From an uncultured Atribacterota bacterium (lineage in GTDB: Bacteria > Atribacterota > JALVIU01): a stretch of 60,227 nt of DNA. Made by a program: the position numbers and the translations under genes. The stretch spans positions 1 through 60,227 of the forward strand of contig CAYWXH010000005.1 of the NCBI GenBank assembly GCA_964462295.1. Direction: 5' to 3'. The first letter of the stretch is position 1; each line of letters starts with the position of its first letter. The notes under the pieces are model-generated. The model did no database searches and had not been told where the DNA came from. It worked only from the letters and a program-made list of their open reading frames with translations. This document shows positions 29,021 through 37,072 of this stretch, one piece after another.

Positions 29021-29527
29021 TTACTCTCCTTCTATTTTTATAAGTTTAGGTCTTACCTCTTTCCCATCAATCTCTAAAATTGCATAAGAATTGTATGGTG
29101 CATATCTTTTATCTGTAGGTGAACCTGGATTTATATACCATCTTCCATCTTTTTTCTCTAATAGAGGATGATGAGTATGCCCAAATACAATGATATTCAG
29201 CTCTTCAAGATTAGGAAATACTTTATTCACTCTACCAATTATCCCCCAAGGGGCACCACTTCCATGGGTAAGCCCAATTTTTACCCCTTCTATATCGATA
29301 ATAAGTTTATCAGGTAGGGAATAGGTATCTGGATCAAATCTATCCATATTACCATGTACTGCATAAACATCTCCATAATACTTTAATTCATTTAAAACAT
29401 CCATAGATATAATATCTCCTGCATGAAGGATTACATCTGAACCCTTTGCCTCATTTATTACACTTTTGGGTAGCTCAAATGCCACATTAGGAATATGTGT
29501 ATCAGAGATAACAAGCACCCTTTTCAT
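29021..29527 (-). CDS. YfcE/MJ0936-family metallophosphoesterase
   Basis: ISDTHIP, HAGDI, GNMD and GHTH motifs. 168 aa. Confidence 0.82.
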   Translation of the reverse strand: MKRVLVISDTHIPNVAFELPKSVINEAKGSDVILHAGDIISMDVLNELKYYGDVYAVHGNMDRFDPDTYSLPDKLIIDIEGVKIGLTHGSGAPWGIIGRVNKVFPNLEELNIIVFGHTHHPLLEKKDGRWYINPGSPTDKRYAPYNSYAILEIDGKEVRPKLIKIEGE

Positions 29528-29531
29528 ATCA

Positions 29532-30497
29532 TCACCCCTCTTTATAGTCTACTATATGAAATGAGTTAAGTTTTCTATTATTTGATGGAAGCCATTCAAA
29601 GTTTACAGGGACTCCAAAATCTACAGAAATTCTTCCTTTTTCTATCCAATATAGAGATTCTCTATTTCCTATTTGCCCTTTATTTGCACGTATAGTAAGA
29701 GTAATAGGTTTATCTACAAAGTATGCCTCATCTATCTCTTTCAATTTTTCAATTTCTTTTTTTATCTCTTCTCTTATTTTATCAGGAGGAAGAGGATATA
29801 CATTTATTAGGGCAATATTTTTACTCAGTGGACCTATTATCTTTACATTTGCGATACTTGGCTTAAAATCCATATTCTGCAAATAAGAGATAAGAAACTC
29901 ATTTGCTAAAACTACGGCACGACCATGATAGTAAGGTGATGCAAGGGGTTTCCATAAATGTTTCAAAAGACACCCCTCTCTAATACTATTTTCTCCAATT
30001 CTTAAGATAGGAATATTGAAATACTCAAGGGTTGTCCTTATCTCTTTTTTGTCAAGCTCTATTAATGGAGAATAAATGCCATCCAAAATCTTTATATGCT
30101 GTTTTCCCCAGCTATCAGACTGATTAGCTCCTCCTATTATTATCCTCTCTTTGGCATATCTTTTAAGTATTGGAATTTTTATTTTTTTTACACACCTATT
30201 ACATCCTGGACCTCGTGTATGTAGAGATTCTATCTCTTTCTCTCCAGGGATAAAGGTATGATTTACATCCAATCTCTTTATCAATTTTTCTATGTTTTTT
30301 CGAGACTTCGTATAAGCATATCTACCCCAATCGATAGTAACTGCCTCTACTCTTTCTTTTCCGAGTGACTCTTTGGCAAGATAGAGGGCAAGTGTACTAT
30401 CCATTCCACCAGAGAAAGCCACTATCACATCTTTATTGTCTACAATTTTCTTTATATCCTCTACTATTTCCCTTTTAATGGATTCAGGATTTTTCAT
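29532..30497 (-). CDS. PP-loop (N-type ATP pyrophosphatase) superfamily protein with an uncharacterised C-terminal domain
   Basis: SGGMDS PP-loop (VAFSGGMDSTLA) and a CNRC cysteine pair about 65 aa downstream. The C-terminal ~130 aa have no motif I recognise. 321 aa. Confidence 0.55.
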   Translation of the reverse strand: MKNPESIKREIVEDIKKIVDNKDVIVAFSGGMDSTLALYLAKESLGKERVEAVTIDWGRYAYTKSRKNIEKLIKRLDVNHTFIPGEKEIESLHTRGPGCNRCVKKIKIPILKRYAKERIIIGGANQSDSWGKQHIKILDGIYSPLIELDKKEIRTTLEYFNIPILRIGENSIREGCLLKHLWKPLASPYYHGRAVVLANEFLISYLQNMDFKPSIANVKIIGPLSKNIALINVYPLPPDKIREEIKKEIEKLKEIDEAYFVDKPITLTIRANKGQIGNRESLYWIEKGRISVDFGVPVNFEWLPSNNRKLNSFHIVDYKEG

Positions 30498-31743
30498 ATC
30501 TATTTCCTCTTATTTTATCCAACATTTTCTTTATCTCTTTTTCATATCCATTCTGAGAAGGGAAGTAAAATTTTTTCCCATGTGATGTATATTCTTGTTC
30601 CACATAATGCCCTGGAAAATCATGGGGATATTTATATCCCTTTCCTCTTCCCAACTTTTCTGCACCCTTATAACTTGCATTTTTTAAATGGTTAGGAACC
30701 TCATCAGTTAATCCCTTTTTTATAGCCTCTCTTACCATTTTGATCCCCTTATATATAGCATTACTCTTTGGAGAAACTGCAAGGTAAATGGCCGCCTCTG
30801 CTAAATTTAATATAGCTTCTGGTAGACCCACTCTTTCAAGGGCAAGATAGGCATTTACTGATATGGTAAGTGCATTTGGATTTGCAAGACCTATATCTTC
30901 AGATGCAAATATAATCATTCTTCGCACGATAAATTCAGGACTTTCTCCCCCATCTATCATTCTTACAAGCCAAAAAAGTGCGGCATCTGGGTCACTTCCT
31001 CTAAGACTTTTTATAAAAGCAGAAATAATATCATGATGATAATCTCCAGCTTTATCATGTAGTAAGAATCTCTTCTCTGCAACCTCTTCTACCTTTTCTT
31101 TCGTTATAGTATATACATCTTTATCAGGTTTAGTTGATAAAAAGGCAAGTTCTAAAATATTATAAAGTACTCGGGCATCTCCACCAGACAGAGAAATTAG
31201 AGTATCTTTAGCCTCTCTAGAAATCGTTATATTATAGATTCCAAGTCCTTTTCCCTTATCCTTAAGAGCTTTATCTAAAAGAGTCCTTAAATCCTTATGA
31301 GAAAGAGGTTTAAACTCTATTACGATAGAACGAGAAACCAAAGGAGAAGATATGGCAAAAAAAGGGTTTTCTGTAGTAGCTCCTATGAATACAATACTCC
31401 CATCCTCTACAGAAGGTAGGAGGGCATCTTGTTGGGTTTTATTAAATCTATGAACTTCATCTATAAAAAGTATTGTCCTTGTTCCGTATAGTTTTATATT
31501 CTCTTCTGCCTCTTCAATAACCCTCCTTATATCTGAAATACTAGATGTAACTGCATTTAATCGAACAAATTTGGCCTTTGTTTTTTTAGAGATAATATAT
31601 GCAAGAGTACTTTTTCCTGTGCCTGGAGGACCGTAAAAGATAAGAGATATTAATTTATCCTTATCTATTATGTTTCGTAGGAATTTTCCCTCCCCTATAA
31701 TATGCTCTTGTCCCACAAAATCAGAAAGGGCCTCTGGTCTCAT
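30484..31743 (-). CDS. rarA: Replication-associated recombination protein A (RarA/MgsA AAA+ ATPase)
   Basis: MRPEALSDFVGQEH, Walker A GPPGTGKSTLA, FIDEVHRFNK and the C-terminal MgsA domain. Coordinates are given from the first ATG. The conserved PLAFR residues lie in frame just upstream (see findings). Confidence 0.9.
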   Translation of the reverse strand: MRPEALSDFVGQEHIIGEGKFLRNIIDKDKLISLIFYGPPGTGKSTLAYIISKKTKAKFVRLNAVTSSISDIRRVIEEAEENIKLYGTRTILFIDEVHRFNKTQQDALLPSVEDGSIVFIGATTENPFFAISSPLVSRSIVIEFKPLSHKDLRTLLDKALKDKGKGLGIYNITISREAKDTLISLSGGDARVLYNILELAFLSTKPDKDVYTITKEKVEEVAEKRFLLHDKAGDYHHDIISAFIKSLRGSDPDAALFWLVRMIDGGESPEFIVRRMIIFASEDIGLANPNALTISVNAYLALERVGLPEAILNLAEAAIYLAVSPKSNAIYKGIKMVREAIKKGLTDEVPNHLKNASYKGAEKLGRGKGYKYPHDFPGHYVEQEYTSHGKKFYFPSQNGYEKEIKKMLDKIRGNRYEKS

Positions 31744-31806
31744 TCTAAAAGCCAGAGGCCTATCTTTAAAATTTTTCTTCTTTATATCAAAAAGGTCTTT
31801 CGTCTT

Positions 31807-33783
31807 TTACTCACTCTCCACCTGGGCCTCTTTTATCTTTTTTAGCTGCTCCCCTATCAAATCGCCAAGAGTTATAGGCTTTGCATCTTCCTCCATATAT
31901 TTTTTCATCTCTTCTTCCTCTATTTTCTCTTGTGCCCTAGCTATGCTCAAGGAAACCTTTCTCTTTTTATCATCATAGCTAAGTATCATAACATTTACTC
32001 TTTCTCCCTCACTTACTATATCATTAGGGTTATCTACCCTTTTGGCAGGGCTCAATTCAGAAAGTCTTACCAATCCTTCTATTCCCTTCTCTATCTCCAC
32101 AAACACGCCAAAATCTAAAATATTTTTTACTTTTCCTTCAACGATAGATCCAACAGGATATTTTTCTTTTAGTTCATCCCATGGAGAAGGTTTTGTCTGT
32201 CTAAGAGAAAGGGCAATTCTTTTATTTTCCTTATCTAAATTTATTACTTTGAGTGTTAAAGTTTCACCTTTTTTGAGCAATTTAGTAGGTTCAGAAACCT
32301 TCTCCCAGGTAATCTCTCTTGCAGGAAGGAGTCCCTCGAGGTTCTCTTCAAGTTCTACAAATGCACCAAAATTCGTAATTCTTACTATCTTACCCTCTAC
32401 TAGGGAACCTATCTTGTATTTTTCCTCTATACCTTCCCACGGATTAGGAAATAACCTCTTTCTACTCAAAATAACATACCTATTTTCTTTATCATAATCC
32501 ATAACCTGAAATTCCAAAATCATCCACTTCCTCAAACCAGCAAATGGTTTATCTTTATTATAATCCCAAGAGACCTCGTCGGGTTTTAAAAGTCCTCTTA
32601 TACCCTCTTCCATGTTAAGGTTTACAATAGCTCCAAAATCATAAAATCTTGCAATTTCTCCCTTTACTTTACTACCAATAGGAAATTTCTCTTCAATATT
32701 CTCCCAAGGGTCAGGCAAAAGTTGCTTCAAACTAAGTGAGATCTTCTTTGTTTCAGGATCTACTGATACTATAGCAAGTTCCACCAAATCTCCCACTTTC
32801 ACCACATCTTTAGGATGTCTTACCCTTGCCCAAGAAAGATCAGATACATGCAAAAGACCTTCTACTCCTTCTTCAAGTTCTACAAATGCACCATATTCCA
32901 TAAGTTTTGTGACTTTACCTGTTACCCTATCTCCAGGTGCATATTTTTTATCTATATCCTTCCATGGGTCTTCTGTAAGGGCTTTTATACTTATAGTTAC
33001 CCTTTCATTTTCTTTGTCAAACTTTATAACCTTTGCTTCGATAGTATCTCCTACTTTTAGTAAATTAAGAGGATTTTTTATTCTGCTCCATGTAATTTCT
33101 GATATGGGAAGAAATGCATCAATTCCTCCGATATCTACAAATGCTCCAGAATCAATAATCCGTTTAATTTCTCCCTCTACTTTTACACCCTCTTGGAGCT
33201 TTTCTAATGTCTCTCTCTTAAGTCGTTCCCTTTCTGCTTCCAGAACCTTTCTTGAAGATGCAACTATAGTACCCTGTTTCTCATTTATTTTTGTAATTAC
33301 TACTCTCAATGTTTTACCCAAATATTTATGCAAATCCTCTTTTTTTACAAAAGAGGTATCTATCTGATAAATAGGAATAAATGCCTTTATACCAAGGTCT
33401 ATAATTAACCCACGATCAGCTATATCTACTACATCTCCCTCTAAGATCTCCTCTATTTTCATAGCCTTTCTAAGCTTATCCCAGAGTCTATTAGCCAATA
33501 GTTTTTCCAAAGATAAATACACTTCATCATTTCTATTTATCCTATCTACCATCACCTCAAGCTCTTCCCCTACTTCAATACTTGGCATCCTATATTTATC
33601 ACTTACCAATTTTTCCTCTTTCAGGGGAAGATATCCTTCACTTTTATAGTGTATATCTAATAGTGCATAATCATCTCTTATTTGGATTACCTTCCCTTTT
33701 ACAATATCTCCCGGATGAAGAATAGGTACAACTGAAGATTGTTCCATAAAATCATTTAAACTCATCTTTGAAATTTCATCCAT
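31807..33783 (-). CDS. rpsA: 30S ribosomal protein S1
   Basis: Repeated S1 domains (recurring G-x-V-x-x-I/V-x-x-F/Y-G-A-F-V-E/D-I/L pattern at least six times). 658 aa. Confidence 0.92.
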   Translation of the reverse strand: MDEISKMSLNDFMEQSSVVPILHPGDIVKGKVIQIRDDYALLDIHYKSEGYLPLKEEKLVSDKYRMPSIEVGEELEVMVDRINRNDEVYLSLEKLLANRLWDKLRKAMKIEEILEGDVVDIADRGLIIDLGIKAFIPIYQIDTSFVKKEDLHKYLGKTLRVVITKINEKQGTIVASSRKVLEAERERLKRETLEKLQEGVKVEGEIKRIIDSGAFVDIGGIDAFLPISEITWSRIKNPLNLLKVGDTIEAKVIKFDKENERVTISIKALTEDPWKDIDKKYAPGDRVTGKVTKLMEYGAFVELEEGVEGLLHVSDLSWARVRHPKDVVKVGDLVELAIVSVDPETKKISLSLKQLLPDPWENIEEKFPIGSKVKGEIARFYDFGAIVNLNMEEGIRGLLKPDEVSWDYNKDKPFAGLRKWMILEFQVMDYDKENRYVILSRKRLFPNPWEGIEEKYKIGSLVEGKIVRITNFGAFVELEENLEGLLPAREITWEKVSEPTKLLKKGETLTLKVINLDKENKRIALSLRQTKPSPWDELKEKYPVGSIVEGKVKNILDFGVFVEIEKGIEGLVRLSELSPAKRVDNPNDIVSEGERVNVMILSYDDKKRKVSLSIARAQEKIEEEEMKKYMEEDAKPITLGDLIGEQLKKIKEAQVESE

Positions 33784-33807
33784 CTTTCAAAACCCTTCCT
33801 TTCGCCT

Positions 33808-34389
33808 TTAATTTTTATTACAATTTATAACAATTTTATCTGTAATAATCTTATCGAGTAAAACATCATAATGCTCATAAGGTAAGTTATCTATAATCTG
33901 CTCCCAAAAAGCTACTCCTATTTTCTTTCCCTTATAATCTTTTAAAAACTTATCATAATATCCCTTTCCATAACCAAGACGACTACACTCTTTAGAAAAA
34001 GCCAATCCTGGCACTACTACTATATCTATCTTATCTTTCTCTATAATGGGAAAACTTTCGTCTGGCTCTAAAATACCAAATTTTTTAGGAAAAAGTCCAG
34101 AAGGATAGTCAGATATAACTCTTGGGATAAGGGCATAAGGTGTAGTTTGAGGAAGCACTACTTTTTTTCCTATAAGTAGGGTTTCTCTTATCATAAAATC
34201 TGTTCTTACCTCGTTATTTATAGAACTATAGAACATTACAACCTTTGCATTTATATATTCTCTATCTGTTTTTAAAGATTCCCAAATAGCTTTGCTTTTC
34301 AAATCTATTATTTTAAGAGGAATATCCTCTCTTATCTTCTTTAACTTTATTCTAATTTTTTGTTTCTCTTCTTTTATAGATATATCCAT
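33808..34389 (-). CDS. 5-formyltetrahydrofolate cyclo-ligase
   Basis: 193 aa. N-terminal K-x-x-I-R-x-x-L helix, central VVLPQ, and C-terminal VVVPGLAFSKECSRLGYGKGYYDKFL (the family G-x-G-x-G-Y-Y-D-R/K motif). Confidence 0.82.
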   Translation of the reverse strand: MDISIKEEKQKIRIKLKKIREDIPLKIIDLKSKAIWESLKTDREYINAKVVMFYSSINNEVRTDFMIRETLLIGKKVVLPQTTPYALIPRVISDYPSGLFPKKFGILEPDESFPIIEKDKIDIVVVPGLAFSKECSRLGYGKGYYDKFLKDYKGKKIGVAFWEQIIDNLPYEHYDVLLDKIITDKIVINCNKN

Positions 34390-34407
34390 TACCTCACATC
34401 ACTTAGA

Positions 34408-34598
34408 AAAGGGAAACCCCGCCGTGCCGTGTACCTAGGTTTTGACCCTATCCTCAGATACGGTGGGAACCTCCTTGCAAGTAAACTTGTCATGCCAGAT
34501 AAGGCACGAACTGTTACTTGCAAGAGAAAAAGCTCCCTCTGATATAGGTGTTGGCTCAAAACCCTTAACCAGTAACACGAACACGGTAGGGTTTCACT
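34408..34598 (-). ncRNA. ssrS: 6S RNA (SsrS) candidate
   Basis: About 190-nt GC-enriched non-coding segment that folds into one long irregular hairpin. The closing stem is GAAACCCUACCGUG.../...CACGGCGGGGUUUC and there is an 11-bp internal helix CUUGCAAGUAA/UUACUUGCAAG. G-U pairs exist only in the minus-strand reading. It lies immediately upstream of the 5-FTHF cyclo-ligase gene, as in the E. coli ssrS-ygfA locus. Confidence 0.62.
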
Positions 34599-34600
34599 CT

Positions 34601-34630
34601 TATAATATCATAAAGAGCGTTTTTTTTCAA
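34601..34630 (-). promoter_or_regulatory. Candidate promoter of the 6S RNA candidate
   Basis: On the minus strand: TTGAAA (34630-34625), 18-nt spacer, TATTAT (34606-34601), with a G start about 6-7 nt downstream at the foot of the closing stem. Confidence 0.4.
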
Positions 34631-34650
34631 GATAAAAAGATAGGAAAATA

Positions 34651-35226
34651 CTATTTTAAAGTATTTACTATATAGGAAATAAATTTACTTAAAAGTCCTA
34701 ATCCCTTATTATATATAGAGAAATCTACTTTTTTATTCTTTACCCCTTCCATTTTTTCTATATGTGTAAATTCAGGGATAAGTGCAAGGTAAAACAATAT
34801 TTTATACTTATCATAATCTTCTTTGCTGAAATTTTCAAACATCTCTTTAATGGTAAAATTTTTAAATTTAGAAGGAAAATATAAACTCGGATATTCCCCC
34901 AATAGAATTGTATCAAAACCAAAATTTTCTATAATTTTAAGGTAAGAATCAATAAGGCCTTCTTCTCCTTCAGAAATCCATAAAGGGTGATATAAAACTA
35001 TATTACTTACCTCACATACATACTCCATTATACGAGAAAGAAAAAATCCCTCTGCTCCCATAGAGAGATAGTGTGTATCTGTATATCTTGCTATAGGGAC
35101 CACAAGTTTATATCCTAAATTCCTTCTTTTTTCGATCTCATCAAAAGGCATGGTAGTAATATAAATACCTGCGGGAAGGTCTCCTCTCCCACTAATTGGT
35201 GGAAAACTGTATAGTTCTTTTCCCAT
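34651..35226 (-). CDS. Hypothetical protein (start uncertain; the Met at 35151 is an alternative)
   Basis: 191-aa ORF with no motif I can name. The 5' end overlaps the upstream gene by 35 nt. Coding-like composition, co-oriented with neighbours. Confidence 0.4.
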   Translation of the reverse strand: MGKELYSFPPISGRGDLPAGIYITTMPFDEIEKRRNLGYKLVVPIARYTDTHYLSMGAEGFFLSRIMEYVCEVSNIVLYHPLWISEGEEGLIDSYLKIIENFGFDTILLGEYPSLYFPSKFKNFTIKEMFENFSKEDYDKYKILFYLALIPEFTHIEKMEGVKNKKVDFSIYNKGLGLLSKFISYIVNTLK

Positions 35227-35845
35227 AAGCTAAATCCTCTTTTATTATATTTTCTAATAGATAGTACAATGAAATTATATCTTGTCTATTATGTTTCAGT
35301 ATCTTTTCAAGATAGTGCATACTTTTTTCCTTTAGATATAAATCAAAGTAAATAGGTACCATAAAACCTGGCAAATCATCTCCTCTTTCTATTCTAAGAA
35401 CTTTTTCCTCTACATTTTTCAAACTACAACTCCCTATTTTCTTTTTCCAAAGGCGTCTTGTGATTTTTAAAAGATCTATATGATACCTCTTCTTTATCTC
35501 TTCTATAAAGCTATCTTTCCGTTGCATTTTTAATCTATTTAAAAACAAAGGTAAATCGAATTTTTCTCCATTATAAGTAAAGATAAACTCCCGGTTTATA
35601 ATCTCATTGTATATCTTTTCATACATATCTTTTTCAAAGCTCTCATCATTTATCACAAACTGTTTTACAAAAAACTTTTTATTTACTATAAATCCAATAC
35701 CTATCAAAAAAATGAAATTGCTCTTTGTAAGGGCAAGACCTGTAGTCTCTATATCAAAAAATAGAAACTTACTTAGATCTACATCTTTCTCAAAATATAG
35801 ATCTAAAAGTTGGGTGCTAATCTCATCTTCCCACAAAAAAATCAT
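35192..35845 (-). CDS. RNase H-fold predicted exonuclease (YprB / COG3359-like)
   Basis: FFDIETTGL ExoI-type motif near the N-terminus, NGEKFDLP and HNRQDI further on. This is a DEDD-like arrangement. 217 aa. Confidence 0.6.
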   Translation of the reverse strand: MIFLWEDEISTQLLDLYFEKDVDLSKFLFFDIETTGLALTKSNFIFLIGIGFIVNKKFFVKQFVINDESFEKDMYEKIYNEIINREFIFTYNGEKFDLPLFLNRLKMQRKDSFIEEIKKRYHIDLLKITRRLWKKKIGSCSLKNVEEKVLRIERGDDLPGFMVPIYFDLYLKEKSMHYLEKILKHNRQDIISLYYLLENIIKEDLAYGKRTIQFSTN

Positions 35846-36202
35846 TTATCTTTCAATTCCTAATATCTCAACATTTATCTCTTTTACCTCTACTCCCAAT
35901 TTTTCTTCTATGTCTTTTTTTATATTGTTTTTGAGGGTTCTAATAGTATCTTCTATAGTTATACCATACTCAATGGAGAGAGGAATATTTATTATAAGTT
36001 GATTGTTATCGTTTTTTTCTACTGTAATTCTTGGCTCTTTTTCTCTATGGCCCAAACCTATAAGTTTAGATTTTGCCCTCTTCCCTAAAGAGAACTCCCT
36101 TAACCCATTTAATTTCGCTATATTTTTCTCTATTATAGAAAAAATTACATCATTTGTTATTGATACTTCTCCAAAATTTTTACTTTGGACTATCTCATCC
36201 AT
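35846..36202 (-). CDS. Asp23/Gls24-family (alkaline shock protein 23-like) protein
   Basis: 118 aa. GEVSITNDVIFSIIEKNIAKLNGL ... VEVKEINVEI is the Asp23-family pattern. Confidence 0.78.
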   Translation of the reverse strand: MDEIVQSKNFGEVSITNDVIFSIIEKNIAKLNGLREFSLGKRAKSKLIGLGHREKEPRITVEKNDNNQLIINIPLSIEYGITIEDTIRTLKNNIKKDIEEKLGVEVKEINVEILGIER

Positions 36203-37071
36203 TATAGAAGCCTCTCCTTCTGTTGAATAAAACCTATAAATCTATAAATAAGTTTCGCTATAGAAAAGTTCGGGTGTACAAGATAAGGAATAGGTGAAAG
36301 TTCTACTACATCAAATCCTATAACATTTTTTTGCTCTACAATCAATTTTAAGGTATCAGAAATATCTCTAAACATTAAACCCTCAGGCTCAGGGGTGCCT
36401 ACAGAAGGTATAATGGAGGGATCGAATACATCAACATCTAATGTTATATAAACATTATCATCTATAACCTTTAATAGCTCTTCTACTTTTTTCAAACTAA
36501 ATTCAGATGCCTTTACAAAGATTACTCTACTTGAAGAAGACATAAAGTCTATCTCTTCTTTGGATACACTCCTTATCCCTAATTGCAAAATATCTACATA
36601 TTCTACAATTCTTCTTCCTACAGAGGCATGGCCATATTTAGTGCCCTCATATTCATCTCTCATATCGGCATGTGCATCAAACTGAATCACAGTAAAAGAA
36701 ATATCCTTTTCATAAAATGAAAGTATAGGTCCTAAAGAGATACTATGGTCTCCTCCTAAAACTATGGGAAACTTGCCATCCTCTACTACTTTTGTAACCA
36801 CATTTTTTACATCATTTATAACATTTTCTGGGCCAGCTTTGTTTGTCTCCATCTCATCTAAGGTATAAATTCCTATCTTATATGGTTCAAAATCCTCTTC
36901 TATATCATAAAATTCTAAAAAACGAGAGGCATCTATTATTTCTTTGGGTCCAAATCTTGTTCCTGTCATATAAGAAGTAGTAGAATCGTATGGTACAGGT
37001 ATAATAACGATCTTTGATGTTTCATAAGATGGTTTAAAACCACCAAATGTATAAGGAAGAATGTTCAACAT
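36202..37071 (-). CDS. speB: Agmatinase (ureohydrolase family)
   Basis: Mn-binding motifs GGDHSIS, QFDAHADMRD and LDVDVFDPS. 289 aa. Confidence 0.85.
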   Translation of the reverse strand: MLNILPYTFGGFKPSYETSKIVIIPVPYDSTTSYMTGTRFGPKEIIDASRFLEFYDIEEDFEPYKIGIYTLDEMETNKAGPENVINDVKNVVTKVVEDGKFPIVLGGDHSISLGPILSFYEKDISFTVIQFDAHADMRDEYEGTKYGHASVGRRIVEYVDILQLGIRSVSKEEIDFMSSSSRVIFVKASEFSLKKVEELLKVIDDNVYITLDVDVFDPSIIPSVGTPEPEGLMFRDISDTLKLIVEQKNVIGFDVVELSPIPYLVHPNFSIAKLIYRFIGFIQQKERLL

Positions 37072-37072
37072 T

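Noticed and set aside
34360-34675. Two plus-strand ORFs (60 and 77 aa) across the FTHF-ligase / hypothetical intergenic region
   Set aside because: They cover the structured GC-rich segment that is better explained as a minus-strand 6S-like RNA. They have no ribosome-binding site and no motif, and they are on the opposite strand to every neighbouring gene.
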